A stretch of DNA of 64,000 nucleotides from Desulfobacterales bacterium (GTDB lineage: Bacteria > Desulfobacterota > Desulfobacteria > Desulfobacterales > UBA2174). The position numbers and the translations under genes were made by a program. Location: positions 64,001 through 128,000 of the forward strand of contig CAXXWC010000008.1 in the NCBI GenBank assembly GCA_963668645.2, written 5' to 3'. Of this stretch, positions 29,200-39,135 are shown in pieces; position 1 is the stretch's first letter; every line of letters starts with the position of its first letter. The notes beneath the pieces are model-generated. The model was given only the letters and a program-made list of their open reading frames with translations. It ran no database searches and had not been told where the DNA came from.

Positions 29200-29955
29200 G
29201 TGGGAAACGATTCTGGCCGCAGGACCAAGATCGAGGTCAAGAACCTGACCAAACAATTCGGCGATCTGATGGTCTTGGATCACATCAACTTTCACGTTGC
29301 CGACGGTGAATTTCTGGCCATCGTGGGCCCCACCGGCTGCGGCAAGACGACTTTCTTGAACTGCCTGTCCAAGCTGCTGCAAAGTTCCGAAGGTGACATC
29401 TTCATCGACGGAGAGGTGGCCAATCCCCGGCGGCACAATATCTCGTTTGTCTTCCAGGAGCCGACCTGCATGCCCTGGCGCACCGTACGCCAGAACGTGG
29501 CCTACGGCATGGAGGTCAAGAAGTTCCCCAAGCCGGAACTCGAACGCAAGCTCGACGAGATCCTCAAGCTGGTGGGGCTCACCGACACCGCCGGACTCTA
29601 TCCGAACCAGGTGTCGGCCAGCATGATGCAGCGCATCGCCGTGGCCCGGGCCTTCGCCGTCAACCCCGACCTGCTGCTGATGGACGAACCCTACGGGCAG
29701 TTGGACGTCAAGCTGCGGTTCTACCTGGAAGACGAGCTGATCAAACTCTGGCAGACCCTCAAGAGCACCGTGATTTTCGTCACCCACAACATCGAAGAGG
29801 CGGTCTACGTGGCCGAACGGATACTGGTGCTCAGCAACAAGCCGACCACGATCAAGGCCGAGGTCCCCGTGGACCTGCCGCACCCGCGCAACATGATGGA
29901 CCCGGAATTTGTTGACATTCGCAAGCATGTCACGGAGCTAATCCGCTGGTGGTAA
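29200..29955 (+). CDS. TauB/SsuB-like ABC ATPase (degenerate signature VSASM)
   Basis: GPTGCGKT, LMDEP and VTHN motifs; GTG start inferred. Confidence 0.85.
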   Translation: MGNDSGRRTKIEVKNLTKQFGDLMVLDHINFHVADGEFLAIVGPTGCGKTTFLNCLSKLLQSSEGDIFIDGEVANPRRHNISFVFQEPTCMPWRTVRQNVAYGMEVKKFPKPELERKLDEILKLVGLTDTAGLYPNQVSASMMQRIAVARAFAVNPDLLLMDEPYGQLDVKLRFYLEDELIKLWQTLKSTVIFVTHNIEEAVYVAERILVLSNKPTTIKAEVPVDLPHPRNMMDPEFVDIRKHVTELIRWW

Positions 29956-30131
29956 GTTAAGGGGTGCCCACGTTGTGGGCCACCGCCGGCCTACACTGTG
30001 CCGAGGATCGAAAGGGGGTGGTCACAGACCGCTGGCTTGCTAGCGGGCCAGCCCAAGACCGTATCCATTGGGTTCCAAAATTTTTGAGAATCGGCTTTCC
30101 ACAACCGTTTGCATGTAAAGGAGAGAGGACC

Positions 30132-31223
30132 ATGAGACGTAATGCGCTGTTGCCCCTAGTCGTCATGTTGACCGCTGTGTTGATCCTGTCAGGCGTCGGT
30201 ACGGCCTTTGCGAAGGATTTGGTCAAACTGCCCACCTGCTGGATGCCGGAACATGAACTATTTTTCGGCTGGTACGCCAAGGAGATGGGATGGGACAAGG
30301 AAGAGGGACTGGATTTCGAACTGCTCTACTTTGAAAGCGGTATGTCCCAGCTCGAGGCCCTGCCGGCCAAGCAGTGGGCCCTGGGCGCCACCGGCGGTGT
30401 GCCCCACGTGATGGGCGCCCTGCGCTACAACGCCCAGTTCATCGGGCTCGGCAACAACGAGTCGTTTCTCAACTGCGTCTACGCCCGTGCCGACAACCCC
30501 GTGGTCAAGACCAAGGGAAACAACCCCAAATGCCCAGAAGTGCTTGGCAAACCCGCGGACCTCAAGGGCAAGACCTTCCTGGTGACCACGGCTTCCTCGG
30601 CCCACTTCGCCATGAGCACCTACCTGCAGGCCCTGGGCCTCAAGGACAGTGACGTAGTGGTCAAACAGATGGACCAGGCCTCGATCATGGCGGCCTTCGA
30701 GTCGGGTATCGGCGACTTTGCCTGCCTGTGGGCCCCGTACACTTACAAGGCCGAGGCCAACGGCTGGGTCGAAGTGTCCAATGTCAACAAGGCCGGCGCG
30801 GCCCTGCCGATCAACTTCGTGGGCGACAAGGATTTTTGCGAAAAGAATCCCGAGATCGTGGCCAAGTTCCTGCGCGTGATGTTCCGCGGCATCAACAAGC
30901 TGGCCGAAGAAGGCGCCACCGACGCCAACATCAAGCTCTTCCAGCGTATGTACAAGGAATGGGCCGGCATGGAGTACTCCTACGAAGACGCCAAGAAGGA
31001 CATCGAAATGCACCCGGTATGGAAGCTCGACGAGCAGTTGAAGATCTTCGATGCTTCCAAGGGCGAAAGTCAGGCCCAGGTTTTCGAACGCCTGATCGCC
31101 GAACTGCTGCTGCATGCCAACGGCCGCATCACCGATGCCGAGCTGGCCAAAGTGTCCAAGGGCGACTGGATCACCGACAAGTACCTGAAGATGGTCAAGA
31201 CCCCCATCCCATCGTACAAATGA
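30132..31223 (+). CDS. TauA/SsuA-like ABC substrate-binding protein
   Basis: Signal peptide AFA-K; DLKGK..SSAHF, WAPY; cluster context. Confidence 0.8.
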   Translation: MRRNALLPLVVMLTAVLILSGVGTAFAKDLVKLPTCWMPEHELFFGWYAKEMGWDKEEGLDFELLYFESGMSQLEALPAKQWALGATGGVPHVMGALRYNAQFIGLGNNESFLNCVYARADNPVVKTKGNNPKCPEVLGKPADLKGKTFLVTTASSAHFAMSTYLQALGLKDSDVVVKQMDQASIMAAFESGIGDFACLWAPYTYKAEANGWVEVSNVNKAGAALPINFVGDKDFCEKNPEIVAKFLRVMFRGINKLAEEGATDANIKLFQRMYKEWAGMEYSYEDAKKDIEMHPVWKLDEQLKIFDASKGESQAQVFERLIAELLLHANGRITDAELAKVSKGDWITDKYLKMVKTPIPSYK

Positions 31224-31355
31224 GCTGATGCCCGGTTGATCCACTGACGACACCAACGGGGTTGGGGCGTCAGCGCTCCGACCCCAACGCCAACCGCGGC
31301 CCTGGCCTTTGCGCCGCCCCAGCGCGCCGGGGGCCCCCTGGGAGGATGTTTCTCC

Positions 31356-32150
31356 ATGGCTTACGAGGAAATTAAAGTACGCACCCCGCTCTATCTCAAG
31401 ATTCTGCCGGTGTTGAGCATCTGCGCCTTTTTCGGCGGCTGGGAAGTGATCGTGCAGACCGGTGTGGTGCCCTCCACGATGCTGGCCGCGCCCAGCGAAG
31501 TCGTGCGGCTGTTCGTGGACAAACTCACCAACGTCAACCCCGATGGGGCACTGCTGCACCAGCACGCCTGGATGAGCCTCAAGGAAGCCGGCATCGGCTA
31601 CCTTCTCTCGCTCCTGGTGGGCCTTCCCCTGGGGCTGCTGATGGGATGGTTCACCACCGTGCGCGGACTCTTCCGGCCGATCTTCGAGCTGATCCGGCCC
31701 ATCCCGCCCATCGCCTGGATCCCCCTGTGCATCTTCTGGTTCGGCATCGGGCTGTGGGGCAAGGTCTTCATCATCTGGATCGCGGGAATCGTGCCCTGCG
31801 TGATCAACGCCTGGGTGGGGGTCGGGATGACCAACCCCACGCTGATCCAGATGGCCCGCACCTACGGGGCCAGCGACTGGCAGATTTTCACCAAGATCTG
31901 CATCCCCTCGGCGCTTCCGATGGTCTTCGGCGCCCTGCAGATCGCTTTGGCCTACTGTTGGACCAACCTGGTCGGCGCAGAACTGCTGGCAGCCGACCAA
32001 GGGCTCGGGTATCTCATCAGCATGGGCCGCCGCTTGGCCATGCCTCAGATGGTGGTGCTCGGCATGGTCACCGTGGGCATCGGCGGGGCCCTGGTCGGGG
32101 TGATTATCGACGCCGTCGAAAAACGGCTGCTGGCCGGCATCAGGAGGTGA
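31356..32150 (+). CDS. TauC/SsuC-like ABC permease 1
   Basis: RPIPPIAWIP..WFGIG and GAELLAADQGLG motifs. Confidence 0.88.
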   Translation: MAYEEIKVRTPLYLKILPVLSICAFFGGWEVIVQTGVVPSTMLAAPSEVVRLFVDKLTNVNPDGALLHQHAWMSLKEAGIGYLLSLLVGLPLGLLMGWFTTVRGLFRPIFELIRPIPPIAWIPLCIFWFGIGLWGKVFIIWIAGIVPCVINAWVGVGMTNPTLIQMARTYGASDWQIFTKICIPSALPMVFGALQIALAYCWTNLVGAELLAADQGLGYLISMGRRLAMPQMVVLGMVTVGIGGALVGVIIDAVEKRLLAGIRR

Positions 32151-32155
32151 TCGCC

Positions 32156-33001
32156 ATGAGCACGGATTCCATCGCCAACGAAATTATCGGCAACGTCAGG
32201 GAAAAACGAGAATTTTCGCTCCTGGCCTTCATCCGCAACGAGTACTTCCTCTACGTGGTTTCCAGCGTGGCCTTCGTACTGATATGGCACTGGGCGGCCG
32301 CCGAGCATATTCTGGGCAAGTCCCTGGCCACACCCTACGAGGTGATCAAGGAGTTCTCCCGCCTGATGACCGTCCGGTTGGCCGGGCTGACACTTCTGGG
32401 CCATGCCTGGGCCAGCACCCAGCGTATCCTGATCGGTTTCGTGCTGGCATCGGCCGTGGCGATCCCCCTGGGGCTCTTCATGGCACTGAACCGCACGGCC
32501 AACGCCATCGTCAAGCCGGTCTTCGACCTGTTCAAACCGATGCCGCCCATCGCCTGGATCTCCATCTCCATTCTCTGGTTCGGCATCGGCGAGGCTTCCA
32601 AGGTCTTCATCATCGTCATCGGCACCTTCGTGCCCTGTCTGTTGAACTCTTACAACGGCATCCGGCTGATCGAGCCCGAACTCTACGACGTGGTGCGCTC
32701 TTTGGGGGGCAACCGCAAGGACGAAATTTTGCAGGTCAGCTTTCCAGCTGCCTTTCCGGCCATCTTCGCCGGTCTGCAGATCTCGCTGTCCATCGCCTGG
32801 ACCTGCGTGCTGGCTGCCGAACTGGTCAGTGCCCGTTCCGGGCTGGGCTGGATCATCGTCCAAGGCATGAAGCTCACCAAGCCTGAACTCGTCATCGGGG
32901 GCATGCTGATCATCGCCATGGTCGCCTGGCTGACGACCATGGCCGTGTCCGCTCTGGAGCGGCTGCTCTGCCCTTGGAAACGCAATATCGAGGGGCTCTG
33001 A
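32156..33001 (+). CDS. TauC/SsuC-like ABC permease 2
   Basis: KPMPPIAWI..WFGIGE and AAELVSARSGLG motifs. Confidence 0.88.
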   Translation: MSTDSIANEIIGNVREKREFSLLAFIRNEYFLYVVSSVAFVLIWHWAAAEHILGKSLATPYEVIKEFSRLMTVRLAGLTLLGHAWASTQRILIGFVLASAVAIPLGLFMALNRTANAIVKPVFDLFKPMPPIAWISISILWFGIGEASKVFIIVIGTFVPCLLNSYNGIRLIEPELYDVVRSLGGNRKDEILQVSFPAAFPAIFAGLQISLSIAWTCVLAAELVSARSGLGWIIVQGMKLTKPELVIGGMLIIAMVAWLTTMAVSALERLLCPWKRNIEGL

Positions 33002-33127
33002 ACCCAGCCGGGCGGCGGGGCGCCCAGAACGGCGGCCTGCCGGCGGCTGACAACCGGCACCAGCGATGGGACGACGCCCACCGGGCGTGTGCCTGGACAG
33101 ATCGGGTGGAAGGAAGAACAAAAGTCC

Positions 33128-33904
33128 ATGGAAAACGACGCCAGCAAAAAAGCCAAGATAGACTGTCAGCGCATCTGCAAAACCTTTATCCAGAAAGGTA
33201 CCCAGCAGGTGCACGTCCTGCAGGATATCTCTTTGGAGGTCTTCGACAACGAATTTCTGGTAATCCTCGGCCCGGGGCAGAGCGGCAAGAGCACCCTGCT
33301 CAGAATCATCGCCGGCCTGGAAACGCCTTCCGCCGGCCAGGCCCGGCTCGACGGCCAAGTCATCAGCGGCCCGGGGCCGGACCGCGGGCTGGTTTTTCAA
33401 AGCTACATGCTCTTTTCCTGGCGTACGGTCATGGGCAACGTGGAGATGGGCCCCAAGCTGCAAGGAGTGGGCAAGAAGGAGCGCCGCGAGATCGCCCAGC
33501 ACTACATCGATCTGGTGGGGCTGACCGGATTCGAAGGACACTACCCCCACCAGCTCTCCGGGGGCATGAAGCAGCGCGTGGGCATCGCCCGGGCCTATGC
33601 CAACAATCCGCAGGTGATGCTGCTGGACGAACCCTTCGGCCAGCTTGATGCCCAGACACGGCTTTTCATGGAAAAGGAAACCGAGCGGATCTGGCAGGCC
33701 GAAAAGCGTACCGTGATCTTTGTCACCAACAACATCGACGAGGCCATCATTCTTGGCGATCGGATCGTGACCATGGTCGGCAAGCTGCCCGGGTGCATGG
33801 GCCCGGTCTACCCGGTTGATCTGTCCCGGCCGCGGGAACCGACCGACCTGGAATTTTTAAAGCTGCGCCACGAAATTACCGAGGCCTCCGAATTGGTGCT
33901 CTGA
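33128..33904 (+). CDS. TauB/SsuB-like ABC ATPase 2 (H-loop His replaced by Asn)
   Basis: GPGQSGKS, LSGGMKQR, LLDEP and VTNN motifs. Confidence 0.88.
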   Translation: MENDASKKAKIDCQRICKTFIQKGTQQVHVLQDISLEVFDNEFLVILGPGQSGKSTLLRIIAGLETPSAGQARLDGQVISGPGPDRGLVFQSYMLFSWRTVMGNVEMGPKLQGVGKKERREIAQHYIDLVGLTGFEGHYPHQLSGGMKQRVGIARAYANNPQVMLLDEPFGQLDAQTRLFMEKETERIWQAEKRTVIFVTNNIDEAIILGDRIVTMVGKLPGCMGPVYPVDLSRPREPTDLEFLKLRHEITEASELVL

Positions 33905-34186
33905 GAGCGTCGCAGCGCGCAGGACCCGGGTAAGACGCAAGCGAGAATCGGATCTTCTTCTAAATGGGGTGGGGATCTCGCCCCTGTGAAAAGTGAACAG
34001 TCGCCGCTGGGTGTGCCAGCAGCGATTCGTGTGCCGATACCGATCGAAAGAGCGGCAAACGGCAAGTGGTGGAGTACTGCCTAACTATGATCAGCACCAA
34101 GCGGCGACGGCCGTGACGCTCCGTATGCGACGCCATTACAACCGCCTGCGGCGACAGTGCGCCAACTTCCAAAATGGAGGATTCCA

Positions 34187-35593
34187 ATGTCAACCTCATC
34201 CACAACTCAAATCAACGATGTCGAAAAAATTGTCGCCGACGACCGCACCTGCCTCTGGCACCACATCAAGCCGTCCAAGCTGGTTCAAGAAAAGGAGCAG
34301 ATGATTATCGTCGAAGGCAAGGGGCTGGTGGTACGGGACATCCGCGGTCGCGAGTACCTCGACGCGTCCTCGGGCGGTGTCTGGAGCATCATTCTGGGCT
34401 ACGGCCGTGAATCGGTAGCCGCCGCGGTCTATGAACAGCTAAAGCAGATGCCCTACTGGGCCGGCGGCAACGGCAACTTAGCGAGCATCCGGCTGTCGCG
34501 CGCCCTGCTCGACCGGATGCCCGGCATGGGTAAGGTGTTTTATTCCAACAGCGGTTCGGAGGCCAACGAAAAAATCTTCAAAATGGTGCGCCAGGCGGCG
34601 GTGATCAATCCTGAACGGCGGGGCAAGTACAAGATCGTCTACCGCAATCGTGACTACCACGGTACCACCATTGCCGCCTTGAGTGCCACGGGCCAACAGG
34701 AGCGCAAAGAGCAATTCGGCCCGATGTGCGAGGGGTTTGTCGAGTTTCCGGCTGCATTGTGCTATCGTTGTGCATTCGGCAAGACCTATCCGGGATGCAA
34801 TCTCGAATGCGCCCGGGCGTTGGAGGACGTGGTCCTGAAAGAGGGACCGGACACGGTGGGAGCGGTGCTTGTCGAGCCGATCACCGCCGGCGGCGGCATC
34901 CTGCCGCCGGTGCCCGAATACTACCCGTTGGTGCAGGAGATCTGCCGACGTTACGGCCTCTGGCTGGTGATGGACGAGGTGGTGTGCGGTTTCGGGCGTA
35001 CCGGCCGCTTCTGGGGCCACCAGCACTACGACGTGACACCGGATGCGGTCACCATGGCCAAGGGGATGGCCAGCGGCTACGAGCCGATTTCGGCCACTGT
35101 GGTGCGCGATGAAATTCACGACTTTTTTGTCAACGATCTGTCCGATCCATCCCAGCGAATGAATTACTTCCGGGATATCAGCACTTACGGCGGCTGTGCC
35201 GGGCCGGCGGCCGCGGCCCTGGAGGCGCTACGGATCATCGATGCGGAGAACCTGGTAGAAAACAGCCGGGTCATGGGTGAATATCTGCTCGATGGGCTCA
35301 TGGATCTCAAGGATCTTGCCATCGTGGGTGACGTGCGCGGCCGGGGGCTGTTTTGCGGCGTCGAATTCGTGCGCGACAAAAAGACCAAGGAGCCGATCAG
35401 CGAGGCCCATATGGGCAAACTGGTGGCCGCCGTGGCCGCTGAGGGCGTGCTGGTGGGCCGTACCTCGAGCAGCCTGCCGGGGATGAACACCATCATGAAC
35501 TTTGCCCCGTCGCTTGTCATTACCCGCGACCAGATCGACACCATCGTGGCTGCAGTGCGCCGGGCCGTGGAAAAGAACCTCCAACCGATTTGA
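34187..35593 (+). CDS. tpa: Class III aminotransferase, taurine:pyruvate aminotransferase-like
   Basis: SNSGSEANE, RDYHGTT, EPITAGGG, DEVVCGFGRTG, TMAKGMASGY and YFRDISTYGG (Tpa-typical); linked to xsc. Confidence 0.8.
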   Translation: MSTSSTTQINDVEKIVADDRTCLWHHIKPSKLVQEKEQMIIVEGKGLVVRDIRGREYLDASSGGVWSIILGYGRESVAAAVYEQLKQMPYWAGGNGNLASIRLSRALLDRMPGMGKVFYSNSGSEANEKIFKMVRQAAVINPERRGKYKIVYRNRDYHGTTIAALSATGQQERKEQFGPMCEGFVEFPAALCYRCAFGKTYPGCNLECARALEDVVLKEGPDTVGAVLVEPITAGGGILPPVPEYYPLVQEICRRYGLWLVMDEVVCGFGRTGRFWGHQHYDVTPDAVTMAKGMASGYEPISATVVRDEIHDFFVNDLSDPSQRMNYFRDISTYGGCAGPAAAALEALRIIDAENLVENSRVMGEYLLDGLMDLKDLAIVGDVRGRGLFCGVEFVRDKKTKEPISEAHMGKLVAAVAAEGVLVGRTSSSLPGMNTIMNFAPSLVITRDQIDTIVAAVRRAVEKNLQPI

Positions 35594-35622
35594 CCGCCTG
35601 GCAGCGGTCGGAGGGGATTGTG

Positions 35623-36339
35623 ATGATTAATCACGTATCGTTGCGTCAGGCAGTTTACGCTTTCTTATGCGACCAGCTCCAGAGTGGTGCCTTGGCACCA
35701 GGGGACCGGATCTGCCTCAACAGTCTCAGCGAGCACCTCGGGGTGAGCAAGACACCGTTGCGCGACGCGCTGATCCAACTCGAGGTGGAGGGGTTCGTCA
35801 CCATTTTGGCTCGGCGCGGGGTGGAGGTGCGGCGGCTCACCTTGCAGGACATCCGCGAATCTTACCAGATCGTGGGTGCCCTGGAAGGGGCCGTGATAAG
35901 AGAGGTTTTCGAAGCGCTGCGCGACGAAACGGTGTTGAGGCGATTGGAATCGCTCAACGAAGAACAACGCGGGGCCGTCACCCGGGGTGAATATGACCGC
36001 TATTATCATTTGAACCTCGCTTTTCACGACGTGTTCCTCGATCTGTCGGGCAATCGATCCCTCAAGCAGATCGTCCATCCCCTGAAACAGCGCCTCTATG
36101 ATTTTCCCCGCCGCCGCTACCTGATCGAATGGGAAATGCAGCATCTGGGCGAGCACGGGCAGTTCATCGACCATTTACGTCAGGGGCGGCGGCAAGAGGC
36201 GGTACAGATAATCCGGGATGTGCACTGGGGTTTTGAGTCCCACCGCAAGTATTTTACGGGGTTCTACCGTCTGGAAGAAGGCCGATCCAGCCAGGACGTC
36301 AGTCCCGAAACCTCGCCACCCTGGATGCAGCGGGCCTGA
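35623..36339 (+). CDS. GntR (FCD) transcriptional regulator
   Basis: LGVSKTPLRDALIQLEVEG HTH; NLAFH..SGN and EH FCD motifs. Confidence 0.88.
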   Translation: MINHVSLRQAVYAFLCDQLQSGALAPGDRICLNSLSEHLGVSKTPLRDALIQLEVEGFVTILARRGVEVRRLTLQDIRESYQIVGALEGAVIREVFEALRDETVLRRLESLNEEQRGAVTRGEYDRYYHLNLAFHDVFLDLSGNRSLKQIVHPLKQRLYDFPRRRYLIEWEMQHLGEHGQFIDHLRQGRRQEAVQIIRDVHWGFESHRKYFTGFYRLEEGRSSQDVSPETSPPWMQRA

Positions 36340-36806
36340 GCGGCCGGTTCCGGCCGCAGGCTCTCATAGAGCACGATGCCCACGGCGGTGGAAAGATTCA
36401 AGCTGCGGATCTGGCGGCTGATGGGGATGCGAAAGGTCTGCTGCGCGTAGCGCGCCAGCAAGGCCGGCGGCAGGCCGCGGGTTTCGGCGCCGAAGATCAG
36501 AAACAGGCGTCGGGCCCGCGGCATCTGCCAGAAAGTTTGCCGGCCGCTTTTGGTCAACAGGATGATCTCCTCCGGCGACGGTTTGAGACTGTCGCAAAAA
36601 TCCTCGAAGCCGGGCCAGACCTGAAGGTCCACCCGGGGCCAGTAGTCCAGGCCGGCGCGCTTGACATGCCGGTCGTCCAGGGAAAAACCCAGCGGCTCGA
36701 TCAGGTGCAGCCTAGCCCCAGCCCCCAGGCAGGTCCGGCCGATATTGCCCGTGTTCCAGTGTACCTCCGGGTGGACCAGGACCACGTGGCGTTCGCCTTC
36801 GATCAT
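36264..36806 (-). CDS. trmL: tRNA (cytidine/uridine-34 2'-O)-methyltransferase
   Basis: NTGNIGRTC, RAGLDYW, FGAETRGLP and RSLNLS SPOUT motifs. Confidence 0.9.
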   Translation of the reverse strand: MIEGERHVVLVHPEVHWNTGNIGRTCLGAGARLHLIEPLGFSLDDRHVKRAGLDYWPRVDLQVWPGFEDFCDSLKPSPEEIILLTKSGRQTFWQMPRARRLFLIFGAETRGLPPALLARYAQQTFRIPISRQIRSLNLSTAVGIVLYESLRPEPAAQARCIQGGEVSGLTSWLDRPSSRR

Positions 36807-37122
36807 TTCAGCTCCTGCCCGGCGCCGCCATCCGGCGGCGCCAAAAGATTTTCTGTCCTCTGAACCTCGGGATCCAGGCCAGCGGCCGGTGCGAACGCCT
36901 TTAATTTCGCAAAAAGGCACCTTGCCCGGCTCCGATCAAATGCGTTGCAGCCACTGTAGCGGCCGGGGAAACACGCGTCAAGAAATGGCCAGCTGTCCAG
37001 GTCTTCGGCCCGAACCACCGGCGGCCGGCGCTGCCCGGGGCTGCGACGTCCGGAACAAAACAGAAGGGGAAGAGTTAAGATAATAAAAATTATCTACCTT
37101 AAAATTTTAAAATCTAAAATTC

Positions 37123-37150
37123 TTGACACAGAGAAATTTTATATTATAAA
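37123..37150 (+). promoter_or_regulatory. Sigma70 promoter in an AT-rich stretch upstream of lrp-ord
   Basis: TTGACA-N16-TATAAA flanked by A/T tracts (37080-37152). Confidence 0.55.
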
Positions 37151-37199
37151 TTCCCTCCATCGTGATTTTGCCGTTGCCGTACTTCCCCCAGAGAGAGGA

Positions 37200-37694
37200 A
37201 TGGCCGATATGAAGAAACCGCTCGATCGCCTGGATCGCAGGCTCATCCACCTGCTTGGCCAAGATGGCCGCATGTCCGCGCGCGTTTTGGCCGATCAACT
37301 CAACATCTCCCAACCGACTGTCAATTCGAGGATCAAGAACCTCATTCAGGCCGGAGTGCTCAAGATCGCCGGACTGATCGACACGTTCAAGGCGGGCAAC
37401 TTCATCACCGTCATTGTGGCGATCCAGGTGGAAGACGACAAACTGCTAGACGAGAAGCTGGAGCAGATTTCACGGCTTCAGGAGGTGCACTGTGCCTATG
37501 TCGTCACCGGGCGCTACGACATCTTCGTTGAAGTCGTCCTGACTGAAGGCATGGACGAACTCTACCATTTCATGTCCTCGAGCCTCCCTTCACTGGGTGG
37601 AATCCGGTCCAGCGAGTCGTTCGTGGTAATGCGGGCCAGGAAAAAGTGGACTTTGATGCCGGAACGGGCGGCCGATCGGGACGACCCGAAGTGA
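37200..37694 (+). CDS. Lrp/AsnC family regulator
   Basis: LDRLDRRLI..L..DGR HTH; VTGRYDI. Confidence 0.9.
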   Translation: MADMKKPLDRLDRRLIHLLGQDGRMSARVLADQLNISQPTVNSRIKNLIQAGVLKIAGLIDTFKAGNFITVIVAIQVEDDKLLDEKLEQISRLQEVHCAYVVTGRYDIFVEVVLTEGMDELYHFMSSSLPSLGGIRSSESFVVMRARKKWTLMPERAADRDDPK

Positions 37695-37751
37695 CTCGCC
37701 CGCAAAACCCGGCCCAACGGCGGGCCGGTCGTAAACACAAAGGAGTGGATA

Positions 37752-38822
37752 ATGGAAACAGTCAAGGTCGCCCTCTGGGGCTTCGGTGCGATGGGCAGCG
37801 GCATCGCCCGGTTGCTGCTGGAGAAACAGGGGGTGGAGATATCCGGGGTGTGCGGGCGGTCGAACAACATCGGCCGCGAAATGCATGAAGTGCTGGGCCT
37901 CGAACGCGGGGACCGCGCGCCGGTGATCATCGGCAACCGGCCGGCCGATGTTTTTCCGGCCGGTTGTGCGGACGTCGTGATCCTGACGACCGACTCCTTC
38001 ATGAAGGACGCCTTGGAAAAGGTCGAGTTTTGCGTGAGCCGGGGATTCAACGTCATCTCCATCTCCGAGGAGATGGTTTTTCCCCATGCCCAGCATCCTC
38101 AAATGGCAGACAGAATGGATGCGATAGCCAAGGCCGCCGGGGTGACGATTCTGGGCACCGGCATCAATCCGGGCTTCATCATGGACCTGCTCATCGTAGC
38201 CCTGACGGGAACCTGTGCCCGGGTGGACCGGATTTGCGCCAAGCGGGTAAACGACCTGTCTCCGTTCGGACGCACGGTGATGGCGGAGCAGGGGGTGGGA
38301 CTTACCGTGGATGAGTTCAGGTCCCGGGTGCAGGCGCGAACCGTCGCGGGGCATGTGGGGTTTCCCGAATCGATCCGCATGATCGCCGAGGGTCTGGGCT
38401 GGGATCTGGAACAGGTGGAGCAGTCCAAGGAAGAGATTGTCACCCGGGTCGACCGGGAAACCGATTTCGTGCGGGCCGAGGCGGAACATGTGGCGGGCTG
38501 CCGCCAAAGAGGAACCGGATATGTGGCCGGCAAGGCCTGCATCGAACTGGAACATCCCCAGCAGATCCGGCCGGAACTCGAAGGGGTGCAGACCGGCGAC
38601 TACATCTCGATCATGGGAGATCCTGAGATCCGGCTCCAGATCCAGCCGGAAATTCCCGGCGGCACCGGCACCATCGCCATTGCGGTCAACATGATCCCCC
38701 ATGTGATCAACGCCGGTCCGGGGTTGAAAACCATGCTCGACCTGCCGGTGCCGCGCGCCATCATGGGCGATATGCGCAAACTGGTACATAGAAAGGAGCG
38801 GCCCGATGCAGCAGGGCGCTAG
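37752..38822 (+). CDS. ord: 2,4-diaminopentanoate dehydrogenase
   Basis: WGFGAMGSG, LGTGINPGFIMD, RVNDLSPFG, GHVGFPES and PEIPGG motifs; adjacent to ortAB. Confidence 0.88.
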   Translation: METVKVALWGFGAMGSGIARLLLEKQGVEISGVCGRSNNIGREMHEVLGLERGDRAPVIIGNRPADVFPAGCADVVILTTDSFMKDALEKVEFCVSRGFNVISISEEMVFPHAQHPQMADRMDAIAKAAGVTILGTGINPGFIMDLLIVALTGTCARVDRICAKRVNDLSPFGRTVMAEQGVGLTVDEFRSRVQARTVAGHVGFPESIRMIAEGLGWDLEQVEQSKEEIVTRVDRETDFVRAEAEHVAGCRQRGTGYVAGKACIELEHPQQIRPELEGVQTGDYISIMGDPEIRLQIQPEIPGGTGTIAIAVNMIPHVINAGPGLKTMLDLPVPRAIMGDMRKLVHRKERPDAAGR

Positions 38823-39135
38823 AAATGGAGATTGGGTACGGATCCACGCGGTGGTGCTCGATCCGGACCAGCGGTCGGCCCGCCTGCCGGCGGAAACCGC
38901 CCAGGTCCCCCTTGAGATGTGGGTCAAAGGCGCCCTGATAGAGGAGAGGGCCGAGCTGGGCGACGCGGTGACGGTGCACACCGCCACCGGGCGGGTGGTC
39001 CGCGGCAGGCTGGACGCCGTGCACCCGGCCTACGGCCACGGCTTCGGTACATTCGTTGCCGAACTGCATGAGATCGGACTGGAATTGCGCCACGTGATGG
39101 AAGGAGAACGGCATGACAGCGAACCGCAGCTATGA
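38806..39135 (+). CDS. ortA: 2-amino-4-oxopentanoate thiolase alpha subunit
   Basis: DWVRIH..L...R...P.ET..VPLEMWVKG, TGR and PAYGHGFG motifs. Confidence 0.88.
   Translation: MQQGARNGDWVRIHAVVLDPDQRSARLPAETAQVPLEMWVKGALIEERAELGDAVTVHTATGRVVRGRLDAVHPAYGHGFGTFVAELHEIGLELRHVMEGERHDSEPQL

Noticed and set aside
33905..34186. Long intergenic stretch before tpa as a possible riboswitch or sRNA
   Set aside because: No riboswitch consensus or terminator that I can recognise; an Rfam/Infernal scan would be needed
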